NCBI GenBank assembly: GCA_964304625.1
Contig: OZ199839.1
Coordinates: 1,438,221-1,502,220 of the forward strand
Length of the DNA: 64,000 nucleotides
DNA from: Kudoa neothunni
Lineage: Eukaryota; Animalia; Cnidaria
Direction: 5' to 3'
In this document: positions 57,734 to 64,000 of the stretch, one piece after another
Position numbering within the stretch: the first letter of the stretch is position 1
Layout of the letters: every line of letters begins with the position of its first letter
Program-made: the position numbers and the translations under genes
The notes under the pieces: model-generated
Databases searched by the model: none
What the model was told of the DNA's origin: nothing
The model's input: only the letters and a program-made list of their open reading frames with translations

Positions 57734-59679
57734 ATGGAAATGCTGACGGAGTACGAATGGCCAACGGGATCTAATGAAAAATGGTTTGTTATGGAGCATG
57801 CTGGAAATTTTTTATCGATAAAATCTTTTAACCGCAAACACCGCGGTATTCGTGGAATTTGTTGATTTAGTTTTTATTTAAATAGAATTGAATCCAAGGA
57901 CTTTGAGTGCCGAAGAAAAAGAGGAGCTTTTATCTAGCCGAATTATCAGCCAAATCGAAAGCACATTAAGTAATTTATGTTGAAGCTCATTCGTTAATAT
58001 CGATTTTTTTCTTGGATAGACCTACAAGCAGTCAAGTCAGATGACCTTCTCGACTTGATGGCTCAGAAATATCCTCATAAATATTATGTAAAATTAAATC
58101 AAATTGTACTGAATGAGTAGCTGTGATGTAGCTTTATTGTCTTGTTCAAAACTTCAGTGGCACGTCTAATGAAAAAGATTTCGACCATTCAGAAGTATAT
58201 TATTCAGGGCCGGTTATAGATTGAGGGTTTAATTAGGGAGACAGTAAAGTGGATAAATCATTCGCCATTCCTACCTTTAAACCTTACGTAATAACCAAGG
58301 ATGGATTCATATTTGATAGGTGTGTTTATTTGGTCTGTGGTGGTTTTTTGAAATCTCTCGATTCATAGAAATAACTACTCGATCCATCAATTACAGTCCA
58401 CCTCTAACAATTTTTATACATCCGCACCAAAGTCACCAGAAAACTCAATCCAATCAATGTTGCAAATGAAACAAGTAAATTCATGTGTTATGTGTACTCT
58501 ATGACAATAACTATTGGATTGGGTAGGAATTTTTACAAACTATAGATTCCATAGCAATCCCTCATAATGTTTCCATGACTAGCCTAAGTTGTTCCCCTGT
58601 CAAAAACACGACTGAATCTGTTCCTCAGAACAATGGAGTCGGTCGTAATTCTAAGAGTAATTTTCATAACAATAATTATTTGTTGGCGATTAGAAGGCAG
58701 ATTTGCCTTGGTAATAACTCATTTACTTTTAGAAAAAGTGCTCTGTGGCATTTGTAGTGCCGAATGTAGCGGCATTCGTATACCCAACCATAGGAATATT
58801 GGTTGTTCAAAATGTAAACGCTCATGTAGATAGAAAAGATTTTTAGCAGTTGTTTGAATTGTCACTTAGTTCATATGAAATGTCTGGGAATATCGTTTCG
58901 TTCTGCTGACGTCATGAAGAAATACAATTGGAAGTGTGTGGAATGCAAAATATGCGAAAAATGTCTAAAGCCTGTTGGCGATGTAAATTTGCCTTTAGGT
59001 ATGAGACGATTTCTCATATCTTGGTATTTTTATTACAGATGATATTTTGCGATCGTTGTGATAGATCATATCACTCATTGTGTGTGGGTTTGAAGGAAAT
59101 CCCTTTAGGTAACTCCATAGATGACTGTTCGTCTTATACACTTTTTTTTATTCGTTACAATTAGGCAGATGGATATGCTCTCATTGTGGATTCTGTTCCT
59201 CGTGCACTAAAAGAAGACCCGGAAGCTGTGGATGGAGCACTGAAGTGGTTTCTTAAGAGATGGATTTTTTTTGATTTCACCTCGTAGGTTATGAAGATAG
59301 GTAATGATACCAAAAAAAATACAAGTCCATTGTTCAAACTGTTCCAAGTTAATTTTATTTTAATTTTGAAATTAAACTCAACTTATTTTTCTAACCTAAA
59401 AAATTTTAGACTTTTCAATACTGGAAAATTCTGTCTGGTTTGTTTGGAAGTATTCCATGGTGTTTTGGAACAAAAAAATCCATCAAATAATAAAGCGTTG
59501 GTTAAATGCCCGTGTTGTAAGCATCTAATTCATAAAGGTACATTTATTGGGATGATTCCTTACAAAAGTTCATTAATCTAGAATGCTACGATCGAAGTTT
59601 GAAAGGCTGTTTCGTTTGTTTGGGAGAGGTGCAACGTGATATCAACTTAAATGATTTGCTAAAAAATTCCAACAACTAA
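57734..59679 (+). CDS. PHF10: PHD finger protein 10 / BAF45a / SAYP orthologue (one apparent +1 frameshift)
   Basis: N-terminal SAY-domain match [45 protein letters not shown]. Double PHD with [12 protein letters not shown] and [28 protein letters not shown]. Further Cys-rich modules follow. Confidence 0.9.
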
Positions 59680-62637
59680 CCATCCAACTGCAATAGAGGT
59701 TAAACTCACCTAATATTTATATATATAACTTTAATCGAATATTGTTCATCCTTTCTTTTTTTTTGATTTAATAAATAATTTAATTATCAAGATTTGTTGG
59801 GTATAATTTTAACAAGGTCTCAATACTGCGTAATATAACGACCATTTTTCTTTTTTCAACATGTTCTACGACAGGGATGAGAAAACTGTTTATCTGCACA
59901 CCACATTGAAATAATATGTTAAGATAAAGGGTCACATCATTTATAAATGACGATTAGTATTCACACTAAAATGTAAATAGAGCTATAATTTTTTATTTTA
60001 AATTAAATTATTTTGAATCGAATTGGCGACATCATTTAAGAAAATGTTTTCTAGGAAACGAGGACAAAATACATATTTGACATTAAATAATATCAAACTT
60101 TGCTGAGGTTCGTAATAAAAGAGCTCGGGAGGGAACTGTAACCTCTCACGAGTCACATGCGACCCGTGAGCTGTAATTTGCCGGACCTTGTTCTATGACA
60201 AAATGCTCCTTAAATCATGAGAAGCTGGAAATTTCGCGCTACTAGTAAATAATTTAAAACTAGAGATATATTTGCTTTTTAGGATATTACAAATTTTTGA
60301 AAACGTGTTATCAGGAATTATAATTTCTGTTGTCTCTAGCTCAAACAAGTTCGCGCACTAATGCTTTGCTGTATGCCTTAATATTGAGAATTTAAATATA
60401 TTGTTTGCAACAATCAACTCAAACATGATTTTTAAAAATACATATTTTAACATTTCGTCCAATATTTTAAGAATAATTTTACACTCAAGGCAGAGTGTGA
60501 TAAATAATTAAAAGATCAAAAGAATAATCCATTTAAGTTTTTGATCACAGAAGATTAAAAATGTTCATATAATATCTGAATTTAACGAGAAAAATTGGGT
60601 TTAGACTAAAGAATTAATAATATATTAATAATGAATAAAATAACCCTCTAATGATCCCAAAGACGATGAACGCGTAATTGTGTTGGGGTAAATTTTACCC
60701 AAAATCCGTTTCAAGATAAAATAAAAATTAAAACTTATACAATAATTTCTCGAAAAAATTTCATTGGAAGAATAACTGGAATCTATTAAGTAGTGGTTTA
60801 CTGTGCAAAAAGATGTACCATTAATAAAATCGTTTTGGGGTAAACTTGTTTATAGATATAGAAAATCTTACAGTTGATCTAAATAATATTGACTTTAGGC
60901 AAGAAACCATCGTTCAAATAGGACAATAATAATGAGTTAACTGGCAGGTTCTTATATAACCGACTAATATTATACAAGGAGGTTTTCACAGATAGCGGTA
61001 TATCCTAGAATCCCACACATTATCTTTCAGTCTCAACAATTGTTATTAGTAATTTGTTTTATTTTGTGTAAAATAAACTAGTCAGAATATCGACTTCCGT
61101 ACCTGGGAGTCGTTTATAATCACTTAAAGTCAATATACCTCGATAATATAGTATTCCGGTTATTGGATTTAAACATCTTGAATAACTATTATCTTGATCA
61201 AAAAGATCCATTGATTTTTTTAATTAATATAAAATCAATTTTATTTTAATCTTTATAAGAAAGTGTTTTCTTGTGCGAATTAAAGCTACCTCATATGTGA
61301 TATTACTTTTATGTGACTTTGTAATAAATTTGAGATGGATCTCTAAAATATTTTAAATTCCATTATTTTATATTATTCATGTAAAACTGAAATTTTGTTG
61401 ACCCATCAATTGAATTAATTTAGAATAGTATACAATTGCGAAAAAATTTAATGATATATGAATGGTAAAATTATTTATTTATTTAATATAAATATATATT
61501 ATCAATACGGCGTTAAAAACATACTTCGAATATTTTATTATTAAAAAATTAATTCTACATTTAAAAGTATTATGAAATGTTTAATGACTTGAACTCATGC
61601 AGGACCCGAATGAGTTAAATAATTAATGCTAAGGGACTACTTATGACCTAGTCTTGATAGGAATTGGTGGGAATAGTCGGTTATTAGGTTTTAAAAAAAT
61701 TGTCTCATTTATCACGATAACGAATACGAAATGTCATGTGGCGAGAGTCACTTACTATCTGACGTAATAATAACAACATTACTTGTGCGTCTAAAATCAA
61801 GGTGATCATTTGTGACGATCACCAACACACTAGAACTAGAGACAACAGTTGACTTTGACAACAAGGGAGACAGGTTCGAATTTTAACAATTATAATCCGA
61901 TTAGGGTTCATCAAGGTATAATTCTTAATAAATTCACAAATTATTTCGGCTTAACTTATAATGACAAATTTTATTTAGAAAAAATTAAAACCTATATTTA
62001 ATAAATTATTTATAATATATGAAGTTTTTATTTTTTTGATGTAACGATTGAATATTTAATGAGAAACTATCAAAATCGATTATATTCAACACAATGGAGT
62101 AAAATCAACTGATAAATATTTGGATAGTTTTATATAATCAGAATAGCCGCCGCTCACCAATCCATAAACATGATTATAATGTTGACAACAAATTTGATGT
62201 CACACTGGCATTAGGATTAGGCTCACGTAGGTAACGTCACGAGAATATATTATTAAATTATATGTATTACGATTATTCCCGAAAATCAAAATTTAATTAA
62301 CTTAGAATCTAAAAATGACCTAATAAAAACAAAATTTTAATGTTAATATTATTCCGATTCATAATGTACTAGTTTTTAAGTTTAGAATTATATTTATGAG
62401 AAGATAATGAATTTTTCTAATTGTCGTTTGGCGGGATTAATATTCTCTAGAAAATAATTGATTAATGAGGTAATAAATTATTAAAAACCATCTAATTTTT
62501 TACAAAAACTCTATATGAGCCAATAACAACGATCACATTATAAACAGCGGTCTTCATCAACAATGGAATAAATATCACATGAAATAATAATATTAAATAT
62601 ATTAGTGGAATTCAAAGCGATAACATACGAACAAGAA

Positions 62638-64000
62638 ATGACGGAAATGGTGGAAAATGAAAACCAGTTGGATTGTAATGATCACAACCAAACTAATGCA
62701 AAAAATGAAATTATTGAAGAATGTGAAATTTTCAAGTCGGGTGTAAAGTATAATTGAATATCGTCATTACACATATACAAATATTTGTTACCTTTAAACA
62801 TCATTTTTATATTTTTCATATCAATGATAGAGATATTCATGCGTGCAGCATGTTATATAACCAATATGGCGGCGAAATTTTTAAACTTTTCGATGAGTCT
62901 GGTAACAGTGTATTACACTGGGCTGCATTACGTGGCAATTTGAATATCATCACAATGGTCGTATCAGGAGGAAAAACTCACAATCCAAACGATCTAAATG
63001 AGACAAATGTTGTCAATTTGAACGTGATCGCAGAGAACGATTCCAAGTCTCATCCAATTCATTGGGCTTGCGATGTTGGACATATGCATGTGGTTGAGTT
63101 GTTTTTGAGATTGGGAGTCGACATAAATGTGTTGGACTCGAAAGATTACACACCTCAAATGGTCGCCATTCAAAACAATCATATATTGTTGACAATTTTC
63201 CTCACATCTAAAGGAACAGATATCACTCATGTGGATAGTAGTGGTGACAATTGTTTGCATTGGTCGGCATATACGGGTATGTGCAAAAACTTTTTGTGTG
63301 TTACTGTATACAATCGCGTCATTGGTACTCTAAATTTCCTTAGGAAACTTGAGATTAGTTAAATACTTCCTTGAAGCGAATCAAATGGATCCTTCGTTAA
63401 AAGATAATTTCAATCAAGTAAATATACCTGTTAAATTGTATAAATAGATGATACTGTTAATTAAAATATATTTTTTGTAGAACTGTTTACATTTGGCTTG
63501 TTTGAGTGGAAATGTAGAATTGATTGAATTTCTAGTCGAAGAGGTATTCAATTAATGGTAGGGTTGATTTAATTGATGTGAAGTTGGGGATGGATTACTT
63601 GGAGGGTGGAAACAACGGCCAAAATTGTGTAGATATTGTGAAAGATAAGAATCACGTAAAGGCTATCGCATATTTCGAAAAACTACCTTCGAAATCTGTT
63701 CACAAAGCTTCCACAGATACTTCCTCCCTAAATATCAAACTGAGTGATGTTCATTCTGTGGAAGATTTTCTCAATTACACTAAAAACACCTATCTCGTTA
63801 TGCCCCAAAGATTGTATTCTACTTCATTTATAACACACAAAAACTATGCTATATCTAATCTATTGTATAGAGTCTCATTGTGGAGCAGCTACAGTGGTGT
63901 TGAAGTAATTTCAATTGCATCGAAGTTGTCGTTTTGGTTGAATTGTGTCATTTCATTTTTCTATTTTTATGATCTGGCTAGTGTATGGTGTCTCTCCCTA
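62638..64000 (+). CDS. Ankyrin-repeat protein with downstream hydrophobic segment; probable ZDHHC13/17 (HIP14)-type palmitoyltransferase, truncated by the window end
   Basis: Ankyrin motifs GNSVLHWAALRG, HPIHWACDVGH, TPQMVAIQ, GDNCLHWSAYTG and NCLHLACLSGN, then a TM-like exon at about 63871-64000. The DHHC motif is not in the window. The true start may be the ATG at 62516 if frame errors exist. Confidence 0.65.

Noticed and set aside
60642-61620. Long low-stop reading frame between piggyBac-like ends
   Set aside because: Multiple stops and no recognisable motif; cannot be supported as a gene or transposase.

Overview
AT-rich, transposon-dense eukaryotic DNA with compact genes split by many ~40-65 nt GT-AG introns. 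The gene set (Na/K-ATPase beta, ILKAP, PHF10, INTS11) is animal-type but highly diverged. A reduced parasitic metazoan such as a myxozoan cnidarian is my inference, not something the sequence proves. Spliced genes reconstructed by hand: Na/K-ATPase beta, an orphan gene, ILKAP (almost invisible in the ORF track), eIF3h, NUDT21, signal peptide peptidase HM13, INTS11, a reticulon, GPI, PHF10 and a 3'-truncated ankyrin+TM gene (ZDHHC13/17-like), plus tRNA-Ser(CGA). Intergenic DNA holds relics of pogo/Tigger, Tc1/IS630, piggyBac, hAT, Mutator, Merlin, Helitron and a tRNA-derived SINE, often nested. I found no clearly new biological system. The best leads are: (1) a nearly intact Merlin transposase with four tiny introns; (2) a structured GC-rich candidate ncRNA; (3) a SINE with a probable Nin/Deu core; (4) tRNA-like modules downstream of two unrelated transposases; (5) PHF10 with a KMT2C/D-like extra PHD; (6) recurrent +1 homopolymer frameshifts in conserved genes, most likely assembly errors. 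All homology calls come from remembered family motifs; no search was run.
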